Position numbers and translations under genes: made by a program. This document shows positions 1 through 12,100 of a DNA stretch of 20,000 nt, piece after piece. How positions within the stretch are numbered: position 1 is the first letter of the stretch; each line of letters begins with the position of its first letter. This stretch comes from an uncultured virus (IMG/VR IMGVR_UViG_3300037067_013436) (taxonomy: Duplodnaviria; Heunggongvirae; Uroviricota; Caudoviricetes), in IMG/VR virus record IMGVR_UViG_3300037067_013436, one strand, 5' to 3'. The notes under the pieces were generated by a model. It saw nothing but the letters and a program-made list of their open reading frames with translations, ran no database searches and was not told the DNA's origin.

Positions 1-3000
1 GGAGGCGCAGCAAATTTCAGCAACTCGCTGATAAGCAACTTCTACAACCCAATTGATAGAAATAAAGAGAATGGAGATGTTGTAGTCGAGACTGGTGCTC
101 TCGGCAATGTGGTGCTCGGCACGATCGATTTTCCACGTGGCGATGGTCTTCCAGGCCAAGTCCTTGAGACTGATGGTGCTGGGCATTTAAATTGGGTTAA
201 TAACGGTGCTGACTTACTAAGCACCGACGTTGTTGGCGGCAACTTACATGTTGCTAGCCCAACTAACCTGACATGGAACTACGTAGAATCCAATGAGATT
301 CGGTTGTTCAATGGTTCTATAAATTCATGGCAGACTGTACGATGTGCAACGCCACCATCTGCATCGAACATCGTTAACGATATGGACGCGACCCCATTGA
401 TGTCGCATAGAGTTTATGACGTCTTTGGTTTCTTCCGCACCGATACGGTTTTTGAATTAGAATTCGCTCCTTGGAAGTTTGTTCCATCGGACGGTATATA
501 CAATCCCGGTACGACCACGTGCACGGCGAAGATGACTGGCTTCAATTCGCCGACGCCAAATGCTATAATCACAAGCTCAACCGGCGTTACATATGCCGAT
601 ATTGACAACACTTATTATTATGGTTGGTATGCATTTAGCCAGTTAAATAATAACGTCGGTTGGGCAGTTCAAATTGGCGGTTATTCGTACACGCCCGGTG
701 ATCCGTTCCAACAGCCTATGTGGATCACCTACGATTTTGGGCCAACCACCAAGAAGGTCATCAACAAGTACGCTTGGAAAGCGAAAAAATACTATCCATC
801 GTTGCCGAGAGACTGGACGGTATCTGGATCGAACGACAATGTTAACTGGTCAATACTCGATACGAAAGTTGGTATTGATCCGCCACCGGGCATTGGCATA
901 TGGTCGCAATACTTCACGTTCAATAATGCGATCGCCTATAGGTTCTATCGTATCGATGTCACGGCGTGCACATATCCATGGCAATGCTCATATTGGTATG
1001 TGTATTATCTAGCTACGATTGGCGAGATCGTGTTGATCGAGTCGAATGCTGTAGCAGAAAGCCGTATCGATACTTGGTTGTCCGGCGTGCATTATGGTGT
1101 TGGTACGAGAGTATCACACTCATATGTTTATGCTTGTGTTAGCAGCCACGTGTCATACGATTTTGATACCGATCTGGCAGCCGGTCGATGGATTCAGGTC
1201 GATTCGGACGGTCTTGCGACTTTAGATGGCGTTCCTGTTTATGTGCCATCTGGTGATTACAAGGGACATCGCTGGCTCGGCACTATCGTCATGGACGATA
1301 ACGCTGGGACGCCGGTTTATAATCCTGACCGTTTGACGAATTTTTATAATCTTATTGAGCGGCGCAGAGATGGTGAGCAGGTAACAATCAGCGGCGAGCA
1401 AGTTGGAATCGGTTTGTATAATCCAACGGCTCGTCTGCACATCAAAGCAGGTGAGGCAGCACCGGGCGGGGCACCTCTCAAGTTAACGACTGGCGATGTG
1501 CTAGCTGTTCCGGAGCCAGGAGCAGTCGAGTTCATTAGAGACGACGTTTATTTCACCATTACTACAGATGGAGCTAGAAAAGGCTTCGTGTTGAATGATG
1601 GTACTCGTCTTACTCCAAACAGAATACCGTTTGCTGGAACACGTGGTCGCCTAGTTGACAGCACAGGGCTATCATATAGTGCTGCTGATGGGCTACAAGT
1701 CAACGGTGTCCACTCCCAAACGGATCAAGACTTGTTACTTGATGCTTGGGGTACTAACAAGCATGTCATCATTAGCAATCTGAGATTCCCGAACACTGAC
1801 GGTACTACAGGTCAAGTGTTGGTGACTGATGGCTTGCGGCATCTGTCGTGGTCGTCAAATGGCGTATTCGGTGCAACTGGACCCATTGGACTTACTGGTG
1901 CTACTGGTCCTTCTGGCGGACCAGTTGGTGCTACTGGTTCAACTGGACCGGTCGGTTCGGTTGGCCCAATCGGGCCTCGTGGTGCCACTGGTTTAGGTGC
2001 TACTGGCTCTACTGGTCCGGTTGGAGCGTCCGGGCCTGCCGGTGGACCGATTGGAGCAACCGGTGAAGCTGGTCCAGTTGGTGCTACCGGTTTCACAGGA
2101 CCGAGAGGTTCTACTGGTATCGGCGACATTGGCTCAACTGGAGCAACTGGTGTTCCAGGTTCTACTGGTCCTTCTGGCGGTCCTGTTGGTGCAACTGGAG
2201 CAACAGGTTTCACCGGCGAAACTGGTGCTACTGGACCTGCTGGTGGTCCTACTGGAGCAACTGGAGCAACTGGTATTGGTCTAACAGGCTCCACAGGTGC
2301 ATACGGCTCTACTGGTGCAACTGGTCTTTCCGGTGCTACTGGTCCTGGTGGAGGACCGACCGGTGCGACCGGTCCTACTGGCGCAATCGGTGCGACCGGT
2401 ATGGGTGCCTCAGGTTCGGGTGCTGAAGGTGCTACTGGTCCAGCAGGACAGCCTGGTGCTACTGGTCCAAGTGGTGGCGAACCAGGTGCAACTGGCACAC
2501 ATGGTGCGACAGGTGCAACTGGCTGGACCGGCTTTACAGGTGCGACTGGTGCGACTGGTATAGGTATCACTGGTTTACCAGGTGCCAGCGGTGCAATAGG
2601 TGCAACAGGCACACATGGGTCTACTGGCCCTTCTGGTGGTCCAATTGGTGCAACCGGTACACAAGGGTCAAGCGGTATCAGTGGCTCAACCGGTTATTCT
2701 GGTGCTACTGGTGCCACAGGCGTGAGCGTCACTGGTCCTCCTGGTGCTACTGGTCCTTCTGGCGGTCCTGTTGGTGCGACAGGTGCAACCGGAACTGCTG
2801 GCGGTACCGGTGCCACGGGCTGGGGTGGTGCCACAGGCACAAGAGGTGCAACAGGTGCGATTGGCCTGACCGGTTCTACTGGCCTTTCTGGCGCTAGTGG
2901 CATTGGTGCAACAGGTCCACTTGGCCCTATTGGTTCATCTGGTGCGACGGGCTTCATTGGTGCTACTGGTCTTCCTGGTGCATCAGGCCCATATGGTGGC

Positions 3001-5877
3001 CCAATTGGTGCAACTGGCCCATCTGGTGCTAGCGGTGCTACCGGCTTCGATGGTGCAACCGGATTCACTGGTGCTACCGGATTAGCTGGTTCAACAGGTG
3101 TCGACGGTGCTTCGGGTGCTTCTGGCGCAACAGGTGTTCAGGGAGCAAGCGGTACTCAAGGAGCAAGTGGCTTAGCTGGTGCTACGGGCATCGGGGCTTC
3201 TGGTGCAACAGGTATTGATGGGGCGACAGGCTCAACTGGTCCTATTGGCTTGACTGGAGCAACAGGTATCGACGGAGCTAGCGGCGCTTCTGGAGCTACA
3301 GGCGTTCAAGGAGCAAGCGGCATTGGTGCTTCAGGCGTTCAAGGCGCATCAGGCTTGACCGGATATACCGGTCTTACTGGCTCAACCGGACCACAAGGCG
3401 CTACTGGTGCTGGCCTCACTGGTGCTACAGGTATCGACGGTGCATCTGGTGCGACTGGGGTACAAGGATCAACAGGCCCGCAGGGTGCGACTGGACCTGG
3501 TGCTTCAGGTGCAACTGGTATTGGTGCTTCTGGTGCGACAGGCTACACTGGTTTTCAAGGCGACCCAGGCCCTCAAGGTGCTAGCGGTGCAACAGGCGTC
3601 CAAGGTGCTTCTGGTATTGGTGCCACTGGTCTTGAGGGAGCGTCTGGTGCTTCCGGCGCAACTGGTGTTCAAGGAGCAAGTGGTGCTGAAGGTGCTACAG
3701 GGGCAGGAGCCACTGGAGTAGACGGAGCTTCTGGTGCTACAGGCATCGGAGCTACTGGTCCTCAAGGTGCGACTGGACCAGGAGCTACAGGCATTGATGG
3801 TGCCTCTGGTGCAACAGGCGCAGATGGAGCGACCGGCCCTCAAGGTTCGACAGGACCAGAGGGAGCAACTGGACCCGGAGCTACTGGTATTGATGGGGCT
3901 TCTGGTGCCACTGGCGTGCAAGGCGCTTCTGGTATCTCTGGTGCATCTGGTACTATTGGAGTTGACGGTGCATCTGGACCAACTGGTTCTACTGGCCCGA
4001 TCGGTGCGACCGGCATTGGGGCTTCTGGTGCTACTGGCTTTGAGGGAGCATCTGGCGTTGTCGGTGCTTCAGGCCCTCAAGGTGCTACCGGTATTGATGG
4101 TGCAACCGGCCCTGTTGGTGCTTCCGGTGCTATCGGGGTTATCGGCACGCCGACTATTGGTGATTACACTAGTGGTCTATTTCCGTGGACGCCGACAACA
4201 CTTATAGCAGATGCCGAACAGTCTGTGAATGAATTCATGGCAGCACTAGCACCACCATTAGCACCGGAGTTCAGCATGTATGACGGCACGCAGCTTGGTG
4301 TTACCGGCAAGATGAGCTATGATGCTTCGCATATCATAACTGACATCTACGGTGTTGACGGCATCGGCAATCTCACCGCCGTAAATGTTGATGAAGCCTT
4401 CACAGCAGCGGCATTGACTGGAATGCGAAGAGGCATATTCAGTGCTTCTACAACAACCTTTACTGGCAAGCTTGCTTCCAATGTTCAGCAAGGCACTGGT
4501 GATCCGACACCGGCATATCCGGCTTACGCTTTCAAGGATGGCGATGAAGGCACGTTGGATCTATACATCAACACCGACGCTGCTCCAACTTATAGCCTCG
4601 ACCTCGCTGCCAACCAAGGCTCTGGCACTTATGTTAATGGCGATGGCAGTGGATTTGTGCTGACTGCTGTTACGAGCGAGAAATTCCCGAACGGGACTGA
4701 CTTCACACTATTCAAGTACCGCACTGGCACGTGGGTCGTCGGCGGTAACGATTTGCGAGAAGGTTGGAACTACATTCGCATCACCCACACTGTCGGCACC
4801 AGCAGGCCAGTAGTCAACCTTTATCTCGACTTCGTTCGTGATTTGAATACGACTGCTACAGCTTTCAGCAGCGAATCGATGTCGGGATTCAGCGGAACAG
4901 GCAGTAAGTACCTGTCAGGCGTTGAATTCTACACTGGTGGGTCTGCCACCTACAACAACACCGTTGATAACCTCTACCGGAACACGTATTATTCTGGTAG
5001 CGATGCATTGGCTTACACGGTCACTAATGCCCAAGCGATTGCCAGCGATACTTTGGCTACCGGTGCTGGTGATGAAGCCAAACAAGTTGTTATTAGTAAG
5101 ACTGCTCATCTCATTGCTTCTGGTACACGATTGATTAGCCAGTCTATGACCGTGAGAACTGTTGCTAAACGGACGGTCCAGACACAACAAACTTCAACCG
5201 GCGCATCAATCAGCGGAATCTTGTTGGATAACGTAGCAGCAACATCAACTATCACCTTGGAGGGATTTGATGATGAGAACTACCGGTTACCGTCCGGCAG
5301 TGATTTTGATTCTTCCAGCACGGCTGTAACTGGCTCTTGGGATTCCACAATTTCGCTGGTTGATAGTGGATCTTATCCCGATGGTTTGCAAGAGATAACT
5401 AGCCAACTAGTTTATCCGGTGGCGGATTACTCAATCATCCCGAATGGTCCGCCGTCGAACGTCAATTACTCAACAGGAGTGAGTGGCGCTAGGACATATT
5501 ACCGATTCTTCGATATGTCGCCAACTGGTCGATCCAATTTCATGATCTCTGTGAATGGAGCTGGCACGATCAGAGCTAATAGCTACAGCATGACTAATGG
5601 CTCTGATGATCTGAAAGTCGATATCAAGCTGCCCAATGGCAGTGCGGAAGGTACTGGCTGGTTAGATGTGACAGCATTATTTATCAGTGGAAACTGGGCT
5701 GACGGCGATGGATGTTTGTTGGGTGGAACGTTTGCAATGAATACGCCATTGCAAGCACTCACTGTTGGCACGAAAAATACAGCGGCGACATCGGTTAATG
5801 GCAAGGTCTTTATTCGAATTCGAGTGCCACAGGCGTGGACCGGGAATTTGACGAGCATCACTTTCGCTGGAGTTTAA
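1..5877 (+). CDS. Very large multi-domain collagen-like fibre protein (putative tail fibre/virion surface protein), 5'-truncated
   Basis: Frame 1 has no stop from base 1 ([10 protein letters not shown]...), so the GTG at 109 is probably not the real start. Modules: FPxxDGxxGQVLxTDGxxHLxW fibre motif twice (130-195, 1786-1851); discoidin-like domain (490-1041); CBM5/12-like motif (1075-1200); [22 protein letters not shown] motif (~1402-1600); Gly-X-Thr/Ser tract (~1870-4140); ~580-aa Thr/Ser/Gly-rich C-terminal region; TAA at 5875-5877. Confidence 0.85.
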   Translation, partial: GGAANFSNSLISNFYNPIDRNKENGDVVVETGALGNVVLGTIDFPRGDGLPGQVLETDGAGHLNWVNNGADLLSTDVVGGNLHVASPTNLTWNYVESNEIRLFNGSINSWQTVRCATPPSASNIVNDMDATPLMSHRVYDVFGFFRTDTVFELEFAPWKFVPSDGIYNPGTTTCTAKMTGFNSPTPNAIITSSTGVTYADIDNTYYYGWYAFSQLNNNVGWAVQIGGYSYTPGDPFQQPMWITYDFGPTTKKVINKYAWKAKKYYPSLPRDWTVSGSNDNVNWSILDTKVGIDPPPGIGIWSQYFTFNNAIAYRFYRIDVTACTYPWQCSYWYVYYLATIGEIVLIESNAVAESRIDTWLSGVHYGVGTRVSHSYVYACVSSHVSYDFDTDLAAGRWIQVDSDGLATLDGVPVYVPSGDYKGHRWLGTIVMDDNAGTPVYNPDRLTNFYNLIERRRDGEQVTISGEQVGIGLYNPTARLHIKAGEAAPGGAPLKLTTGDVLAVPEPGAVEFIRDDVYFTITTDGARKGFVLNDGTRLTPNRIPFAGTRGRLVDSTGLSYSAADGLQVNGVHSQTDQDLLLDAWGTNKHVIISNLRFPNTDGTTGQVLVTDGLRHLSWSSNGVFGATGPIGLTGATGPSGGPVGATGSTGPVGSVGPIGPRGATGLGATGSTGPVGASGPAGGPIGATGEAGPVGATGFTGPRGSTGIGDIGSTGATGVPGSTGPSGGPVGATGATGFTGETGATGPAGGPTGATGATGIGLTGSTGAYGSTGATGLSGATGPGGGPTGATGPTGAIGATGMGASGSGAEGATGPAGQPGATGPSGGEPGATGTHGATGATGWTGFTGATGATGIGITGLPGASGAIGATGTHGSTGPSGGPIGATGTQGSSGISGSTGYSGATGATGVSVTGPPGATGPSGGPVGATGATGTAGGTGATGWGGATGTRGATGAIGLTGSTGLSGASGIGATGPLGPIGSSGATGFIGATGLPGASGPYGGPIGATGPSGASGATGFDGATGFTGATGLAGSTGVDGASGASGATGVQGASGTQGASGLAGATGIGASGATGIDGATGSTGPIGLTGATGIDGASGASGATGVQGASGIGASGVQGASGLTGYTGLTGSTGPQGATGAGLTGATGIDGASGATGVQGSTGPQGATGPGASGATGIGASGATGYTGFQGDPGPQGASGATGVQGASGIGATGLEGASGASGATGVQGASGAEGATGAGATGVDGASGATGIGATGPQGATGPGATGIDGASGATGADGATGPQGSTGPEGATGPGATGIDGASGATGVQGASGISGASGTIGVDGASGPTGSTGPIGATGIGASGATGFEGASGVVGASGPQGATGIDGATGPVGASGAIGVIGTPTIGDYTSGLFPWTPTTLIADAEQSVNEFMAALAPPLAPEFSMYDGTQLGVTGKMSYDASHIITDIYGVDGIGNLTAVNVDEAFTAAALTGMRRGIFSASTTTFTGKLASNVQQGTGDPTPAYPAYAFKDGDEGTLDLYINTDAAPTYSLDLAANQGSGTYVNGDGSGFVLTAVTSEKFPNGTDFTLFKYRTGTWVVGGNDLREGWNYIRITHTVGTSRPVVNLYLDFVRDLNTTATAFSSESMSGFSGTGSKYLSGVEFYTGGSATYNNTVDNLYRNTYYSGSDALAYTVTNAQAIASDTLATGAGDEAKQVVISKTAHLIASGTRLISQSMTVRTVAKRTVQTQQTSTGASISGILLDNVAATSTITLEGFDDENYRLPSGSDFDSSSTAVTGSWDSTISLVDSGSYPDGLQEITSQLVYPVADYSIIPNGPPSNVNYSTGVSGARTYYRFFDMSPTGRSNFMISVNGAGTIRANSYSMTNGSDDLKVDIKLPNGSAEGTGWLDVTALFISGNWADGDGCLLGGTFAMNTPLQALTVGTKNTAATSVNGKVFIRIRVPQAWTGNLTSITFAGV
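490..1041 (+). other. Discoidin/F5-8 type C-like (galactose-binding-like) domain, copy 1
   Basis: GWYAF...WITYDF...KVINKY...[17 protein letters not shown]...YRFYRIDVT...IGEIVL matches the recognisable F5/8C pattern (W-I-x-Y-D, P-x-x-W-x-x-x-G-S-N-D, Y-R-Y-Y-R). Confidence 0.75.
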
Positions 5878-5878
5878 T

Positions 5879-7372
5879 ATGGCGTTGTCAACCGATACAA
5901 TGGCCCAGATGGCGTTGAAATTCCTACTCGGGAAGAGCGACACCAATTATGCACAAAAGGGTCCGAATAACGAGGCCGAGGCGTATAATCTTATTATCGC
6001 TGCATCTAAGGTCTGGGTCGATATTATACCGACTACGCCACCTGCTCACGATACAGCTATAGTTTCATGTCTTGATGGCGGTTCTGGCAACTATGCCAAA
6101 GCTGATCTTGTTGCAGATCCAACATCTAACGGCCAGGCATTCTTTGCAGTTTATCCCACTGGCCATCCGAATGTTGGCGAACGAGTTAAGAACGCAATCG
6201 CACCGAATTATGGCACCGGATATGAAGCACAGTTGTATGCCGGTGCTACATTAATTGGTGGTGGTGATGCAAGAAATTGGATTTATCAATATGAATCTGG
6301 CGTGCTATTCCAGCAGACCGCTAGTGCATCACCAACACCAACAACAATTAAGCTTTACGTTTATATTGGTGAAACGCTTGCCAGTAAAATCGCTTCAGGT
6401 CTATTGACTGGTGCCACAGGAGCTACAGGTGTCGCCGGAGCGACTGGACCTGTTGGGGCCACAGGTATCGCAGGTGCATCTGGAACGATTGGTCTCGACG
6501 GTGCTTCAGGTGCAACTGGTGTTCAGGGCGCTTCAGGCATCGATGGTGCTTCTGGTTACATTGGCGTCGATGGAGCGTCTGGTGCGACCGGCCCAATAGG
6601 TGCCACTGGCTTAGGTGCTTCTGGTGCCACAGGTGCAGACGGTGCCACAGGGCCGGTTGGTGCTACTGGGCCTATCGGAGCAACCGGTGTTGACGGAGCA
6701 TCAGGTGCCTCGGGAGCTACAGGAGTTCAAGGTGCCTCTGGCGTAATAGGTGTTGATGGAGCATCCGGAGCATCAGGAGCCACAGGTGTTCAAGGTGCTA
6801 GCGGTATCGGTGCTACCGGTATCGACGGTGCCTCTGGAGCTACCGGAGCAACTGGTGTACAGGGTGCATCAGGTCCAACGGGGATTGATGGTGCTTCTGG
6901 TGCCACAGGACCAGTAGGTGCTACCGGTGCAGGTGAGCCTGGTGCGACTGGTTCTATTGGCCCAGATGGTGCATCTGGTGCGACCGGCCCAGTAGGCGCT
7001 ACCGGTATTGCTGACTTCATTACCGGAACATTTACTAATGACGATCTAGTTGGTACGATTTTAACGATCACACATACCAGAGGTAATGTAATATTGCCCT
7101 TCATAGTAAGCGATGATGACGGCAATAATATAGCATTCGATACGACGGCAGTCATATTTAGCAACAATCAAATTACTATCGATTTTACTGGCTTTGGGGC
7201 GTTGGTTGGGACCTGGAAGTATGCTTTTGGTGGTTCAAGTGCACCGGGTGCAACAGGACCCGCTCCATCTGGGTTGAGCGGCACTAAGATTTATTACGTT
7301 GCTGATACGAGCGGTGGTTCGCCAACTAGGAAGTTGACTTTCATCAACGGTATCTTGGTGTCCGAAACGTAA
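5879..7372 (+). CDS. Collagen-like protein, 497 aa: ~175-aa N-terminal globular domain, GAT/GAS tract, C-terminal beta module
   Basis: GGAG at 5869-5872 ahead of ATG 5879, 1 nt after the previous stop. Gly-X-Y tract ~6410-7010. Module 7013-7240 is paralogous to 8467-8703. Confidence 0.85.
   Translation: MALSTDTMAQMALKFLLGKSDTNYAQKGPNNEAEAYNLIIAASKVWVDIIPTTPPAHDTAIVSCLDGGSGNYAKADLVADPTSNGQAFFAVYPTGHPNVGERVKNAIAPNYGTGYEAQLYAGATLIGGGDARNWIYQYESGVLFQQTASASPTPTTIKLYVYIGETLASKIASGLLTGATGATGVAGATGPVGATGIAGASGTIGLDGASGATGVQGASGIDGASGYIGVDGASGATGPIGATGLGASGATGADGATGPVGATGPIGATGVDGASGASGATGVQGASGVIGVDGASGASGATGVQGASGIGATGIDGASGATGATGVQGASGPTGIDGASGATGPVGATGAGEPGATGSIGPDGASGATGPVGATGIADFITGTFTNDDLVGTILTITHTRGNVILPFIVSDDDGNNIAFDTTAVIFSNNQITIDFTGFGALVGTWKYAFGGSSAPGATGPAPSGLSGTKIYYVADTSGGSPTRKLTFINGILVSET
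6749..6850 (+). repeat. 102-bp exact direct repeat, copy 1 (copy 2 at 8107-8208)
   Basis: GGTGTTGATGGAGCATCC...GCTACCGGAGCA is identical base by base at both sites, which lie in two different genes. Confidence 0.9.
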
Positions 7373-7422
7373 GGGCTAATCCGCAATCAAAAATCTTGTA
7401 GCCCCAATAAGAGGACAAGAAC

Positions 7423-9027
7423 ATGAACTTCCTGAAGTATAGAAATATCAAGCTTGACACCGCACCAACCAACAATCCACCGGCTGGTACGATTTATGAG
7501 TGGCACACTACCGTAGGTACGGAGGTGTTTGTCCACTATCGCCTACCAGACGGAACGGACGTAACCGGCAACATCAGTGGTGCCACCGGTGCGACTGGTG
7601 TGCCCGGTGCTACTGGTATTTCTGGGGCCACCGGCGTTGATGGTGCTTCAGGTGCTACAGGAGCAGACGGAGCCACTGGCTTAACAGGTGCCACTGGTAT
7701 TTCTGGAGCTACTGGTGTTGACGGAGCTTCAGGAGCCACAGGCGTTCAAGGTGCTTCTGGTATTGCTGGGGCTACTGGTGTTGACGGAGCTTCAGGTGCG
7801 ACCGGAGCTGATGGTGCTACGGGCCTAACCGGTGCTACAGGCATCGACGGGGCAAGTGGTGCATCAGGGGCTACTGGCGTACAGGGTGCTTCTGGTATCG
7901 GTGCTACCGGTATCGACGGAGCTTCAGGTGCGACTGGTGCAGATGGAGCCACCGGTTTAACTGGAGCTACAGGAATTGATGGGGCTAGCGGTGCTTCAGG
8001 CGCAACTGGCGTTCAGGGTGCCTCAGGTATCGCAGGAGCAACCGGTGTTGACGGAGCATCAGGTGCGACTGGTGCAGATGGAGCCACCGGTTTAACAGGT
8101 GCCACTGGTGTTGATGGAGCATCCGGAGCATCAGGAGCCACAGGTGTTCAAGGTGCTAGCGGTATCGGTGCTACCGGTATCGACGGTGCCTCTGGAGCTA
8201 CCGGAGCAGACGGAGCATCTGGTCTTACTGGTGCTACCGGTATTGACGGTGCTTCTGGTGCTACGGGCGTTCAAGGCGCTTCTGGTATTGGTGCTACAGG
8301 CATCGACGGTGCCTCTGGAGCTACCGGAGCAGACGGAGCATCTGGTCTTACTGGTGCTACCGGTATTGACGGAGCTTCCGGTATCGGTGCGACCGGTATT
8401 GACGGAGCCTCTGGTGCTACTGGTGCTCAAGGCTCAACAGGACCTATTGGTGCAACTGGTGTCACAGAGTACATCGAAGGTACGTTCACCAATGACGATC
8501 TGGTTGTCGGGGCAACCGGCCTCTTAACAATCAGCCACACCAAGGGTAATGTCGCGTTGCCATTCATTATCACCGACAACAATGGTGATAATGTGACGGT
8601 TGATTCGACTGCCGTTAGATTCGCCAATAACCAGATCACGGTCGATCTATACAATAATGGTGCGATTGCTGGAACCTGGAAGTATGCCTTTGGTGGTTCT
8701 TCTGATTCGTACAACATCCAGGGGATTAATCCACAAATAGGTACCACCTACGAACTAGCCATTGGCGATGCCGGTAAGATGGTCACCCTGACAAATGCTA
8801 ATCCAATTACTGTTACTATACCAGCCAGTGGTACAGTAGGCTTCTTGCTTGGTACACGCATTGACCTAGTTCAAGGCGGAGCTGGAAAGGTAACAGTTGC
8901 CGGTGCATCTGGCGTCGTCGTTAATTCGAAGGCAAGCAATAAGTCAATAGCTGCCACTAATGTGGAGGTCACTCTCAAGAAAGAGGCTACCGACACTTGG
9001 TATCTGTTCGGTGACTTGATTGCCTAA
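7423..9027 (+). CDS. Collagen-like protein, 534 aa, with phage fibre-type C-terminal domain
   Basis: AAGAGG at 7409-7414. GATGxDGASG repeats ~7576-8460. The C-terminal ~100 aa (8725-9024; [11 protein letters not shown]...DAGKMVTL...[10 protein letters not shown]) resemble a domain I recognise from the C-termini of uncultured phage fibre proteins. Confidence 0.85.
   Translation: MNFLKYRNIKLDTAPTNNPPAGTIYEWHTTVGTEVFVHYRLPDGTDVTGNISGATGATGVPGATGISGATGVDGASGATGADGATGLTGATGISGATGVDGASGATGVQGASGIAGATGVDGASGATGADGATGLTGATGIDGASGASGATGVQGASGIGATGIDGASGATGADGATGLTGATGIDGASGASGATGVQGASGIAGATGVDGASGATGADGATGLTGATGVDGASGASGATGVQGASGIGATGIDGASGATGADGASGLTGATGIDGASGATGVQGASGIGATGIDGASGATGADGASGLTGATGIDGASGIGATGIDGASGATGAQGSTGPIGATGVTEYIEGTFTNDDLVVGATGLLTISHTKGNVALPFIITDNNGDNVTVDSTAVRFANNQITVDLYNNGAIAGTWKYAFGGSSDSYNIQGINPQIGTTYELAIGDAGKMVTLTNANPITVTIPASGTVGFLLGTRIDLVQGGAGKVTVAGASGVVVNSKASNKSIAATNVEVTLKKEATDTWYLFGDLIA
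8107..8208 (+). repeat. 102-bp exact direct repeat, copy 2
   Basis: Identical to 6749-6850. The overlapping stretch 8166-8216 is also identical to 9647-9697, and 8179-8249 to 8302-8372. Confidence 0.9.
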
Positions 9028-9056
9028 CGCCAAGCGGCGTAAAACTAGATTCTTAC

Positions 9057-9093
9057 CAGCACGGCCCGCAATTCGCGGGCCGTGCTGTTCTGT
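9057..9093 (+). terminator. GC-rich hairpin, probable weak intrinsic terminator or processing/stability stem
   Basis: Perfect 13-bp inverted repeat CAGCACGGCCCGC (9057-9069) / GCGGGCCGTGCTG (9075-9087) with an AATTC loop, 30 nt after the stop at 9027. The tail is only TTCTGT. Confidence 0.6.
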
Positions 9094-9173
9094 AAGTACT
9101 ATAGGAGCATCTGCCTAACGGCGTATCAAACATATGATAGCAGACCTGCATTAAGCAATAGTAGGTAATAACT

Positions 9174-12100
9174 ATGGATTTCGTAAAATTTCAAAGCATC
9201 AAGTTATCAGATGCACCCGCCCAGGGCGATAATCCACCTCCGGGGGTAGTCTACGAATGGGCTACTGTTGTCGGAACTGATGTTTTGACCCATTATCGTC
9301 ATTCTGATGGAACCGATGTTATAGAGAGTGTCGACGGAGCTACCGGTGCGACTGGGGCTGACGGTGCTTCTGGATTAACTGGTGCGACTGGAATCGGTGG
9401 GGCTACTGGTATAACGGGATCTTCAGGGGCAGAGGGGGCCACAGGTTTAACCGGTGCTACTGGTATAGGTGCTTCAGGTGCTACTGGGGCTGATGGAGCC
9501 ACGGGCTTAACTGGTGCTACCGGTGCTGGTATCGATGGAGCCACTGGTCTTTCTGGTGCTAGCGGTGCTACTGGTATAGGTGCATCGGGAGCTACTGGGG
9601 CTGACGGAGCCACAGGCCCGCAGGGTGCTACCGGCGTTGGGATTGACGGTGCTACCGGTATCGACGGTGCCTCTGGAGCTACCGGAGCAGACGGAGCCAC
9701 TGGCTTAATCGGTGCCACAGGCTTAACCGGTGCCACAGGTCTTGGTGCTTCTGGTGCAACTGGGTCCGCTGGTGTCGATGGTGCTACCGGTATCAACGGT
9801 GCCTCTGGAGCCACTGGGACTCAGGGTGCTTCTGGTGCCATCGGAGCAACGGGAGCTGGTATCGACGGGGCTACTGGTGTCGACGGGGCATCTGGAGCCA
9901 CCGGTGCCGATGGTGCAACGGGATTAACAGGAGCCACCGGAGCTGGTATAGACGGGGCCACAGGTGTAGACGGGGCCTCTGGGGCTACAGGAACAGACGG
10001 AGCATCGGGAGCGACTGGTACCCAGGGTGCATCCGGGGCTATCGGAGCCACTGGTGTTGGGATCGACGGCGCTACAGGCCCACAGGGTATTGATGGGGCT
10101 TCAGGTGCCACAGGCGTCCAAGGTGCTAGCGGTGCTATCGGAGCCACTGGTGTTGGGATCGATGGTTCTACTGGCGTCGATGGGGCGTCTGGTGCTACAG
10201 GAGTAGACGGAGCATCAGGTGCCACAGGTACACAAGGAGCTTCAGGTACTGCCGGTGCTACTGGCACTGGTCTTGATGGTGCATCTGGTGCCACAGGTAT
10301 ACAGGGAGCTTCAGGCCCTCAAGGCGAAACTGGTGGAGCATCTGGTCCTGCTGGTTCTACTGGTCCTGTCGGCGTTGACGGTGCTTCTGGTACTGTTGGA
10401 GCGACAGGTGCTACTGGTGCTGGTATTGATGGTGCATCCGGCCCACAAGGTATCGATGGAGCTTCAGGTGCAACCGGTGTACAAGGAGCTTCTGGTACTG
10501 CTGGTGCGACTGGTGCTGGTGTCGACGGTGCTTCTGGAATTGCAGGGTCAACCGGTCTTGATGGTGCATCTGGTGCTACAGGCCCACAAGGTGAAACTGG
10601 TGGAGCATCTGGTCCTTCAGGTGCCACTGGTGCTACCGGTTCAGAGGGTGTTTCTGGTGCAACAGGTACAGTAGGTGCGTCAGGCCCTGGTACTGCAGAT
10701 GGTGCCTATAATTCCGGCACAACGACTGCTACTGGCCAGATGACATCGATGACAGAACCAGCACCTTATGAGGTGATTGTTAGCTCTACTGGTATCATCT
10801 ATAAGGAAATAGACAACGATTATTTATATGGTTGGTATGCTTTCGACCAGATAACGCGATCGATTGGTTGGGGTGTTTGTATTGGTGGTTCCGGATACAC
10901 ACCAGGCGATCCGTTCGAAACAGCGATGTGGGTGATATACGACTTTAGTGATGGACAGAAGAAAGTCATTAACAAGTATGCATTCTATGCAAGAATACTC
11001 AATACAGCATTGCCACGCGATTGGACGTTATCAGGTTCCAATGATAATTCAAATTGGACGGTGCTTGATGCGAGAACGGGAGTTGAACCACCTGGCTCGA
11101 CAGTAACATGGTCTGATTACTTCACATTCTATAACAGTGTAGCCTATCGCTACTACAAGATCGACGTAACCAAATGTACATATCCATACTATCATCAATA
11201 TAACAGTGTGCCATATTGGTTTGCGGAAATCGGCCAGCTAAAACTTGTCGAATATCCGATGGTTTATGGTGCGACTGGATATACCGGCGCGACTGGATAC
11301 ACCGGTGCTACTGGTATTCAAGGTGAAACTGGCGGAGCATCTGGTCCTTCAGGTGCCACAGGTGCTACAGGCATTGGAGCCACAGGCCCACAAGGTGCCA
11401 CTGGTGCTGGTGTCACTGGAGCTACTGGCCCAACGGGTGCTACAGGTATCCAAGGTGAAACAGGTGGAGCATCTGGACCTGAAGGTCCCACAGGAGCATC
11501 TGGAGTTCAAGGCGCAACAGGTATCCGTGGCGCTTCAGGTGCTTCAGGCGCAACAGGACCTGAAGGACAAATCGGTGCTACAGGCATTCAGGGCGAGACT
11601 GGCGGTGCATCTGGGCCTTCTGGAGCTTCGGGTGCTTCAGGGGCAACGGGTGTTCAAGGTGCTTCAGGATCTATTGGCGCTACCGGTCTCGGTGCTTCTG
11701 GGGCTACTGGACTTACTGGTGCCACCGGCGTACAAGGCCAGACAGGTACCGGTGTTAATGGTGCAACAGGATCAACAGGACCTGTTGGGGCAACTGGTGA
11801 AACAGGCTCTACAGGTCCGCAAGGAGAAACAGGCGGAGCATCAGGCCCTGTCGGTGCTTCGGGACCGCAAGGTGAAACCGGAGCTACCGGTCCTGTCGGT
11901 TTAAATGGTGCTTCTGGATCGACTGGTCCTGTTGGTGCTTCGGGTGCTACTGGCCTCACTGGTGCTAGTGGTGTCGGCTTAACTGGTGCGACAGGACCAG
12001 GTGCTACTGGCCTTACCGGCGCAACAGGTGTAACAGGCTCATCAGGCCCGCAAGGTGAAACTGGTGGAGCATCAGGACCTGCTGGAGCATCTGGAGCTAC

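Noticed and set aside
109..111. GTG start for the 1922-aa ORF
   Set aside because: The frame is open back to base 1 and there is no clear SD, so the gene probably starts upstream of the window.
490..11252. Diversity-generating retroelement (the two discoidin copies as template and variable repeat)
   Set aside because: The copies are only ~55% identical in protein, differences are not confined to adenines, both are coding, and no reverse transcriptase is in the window.
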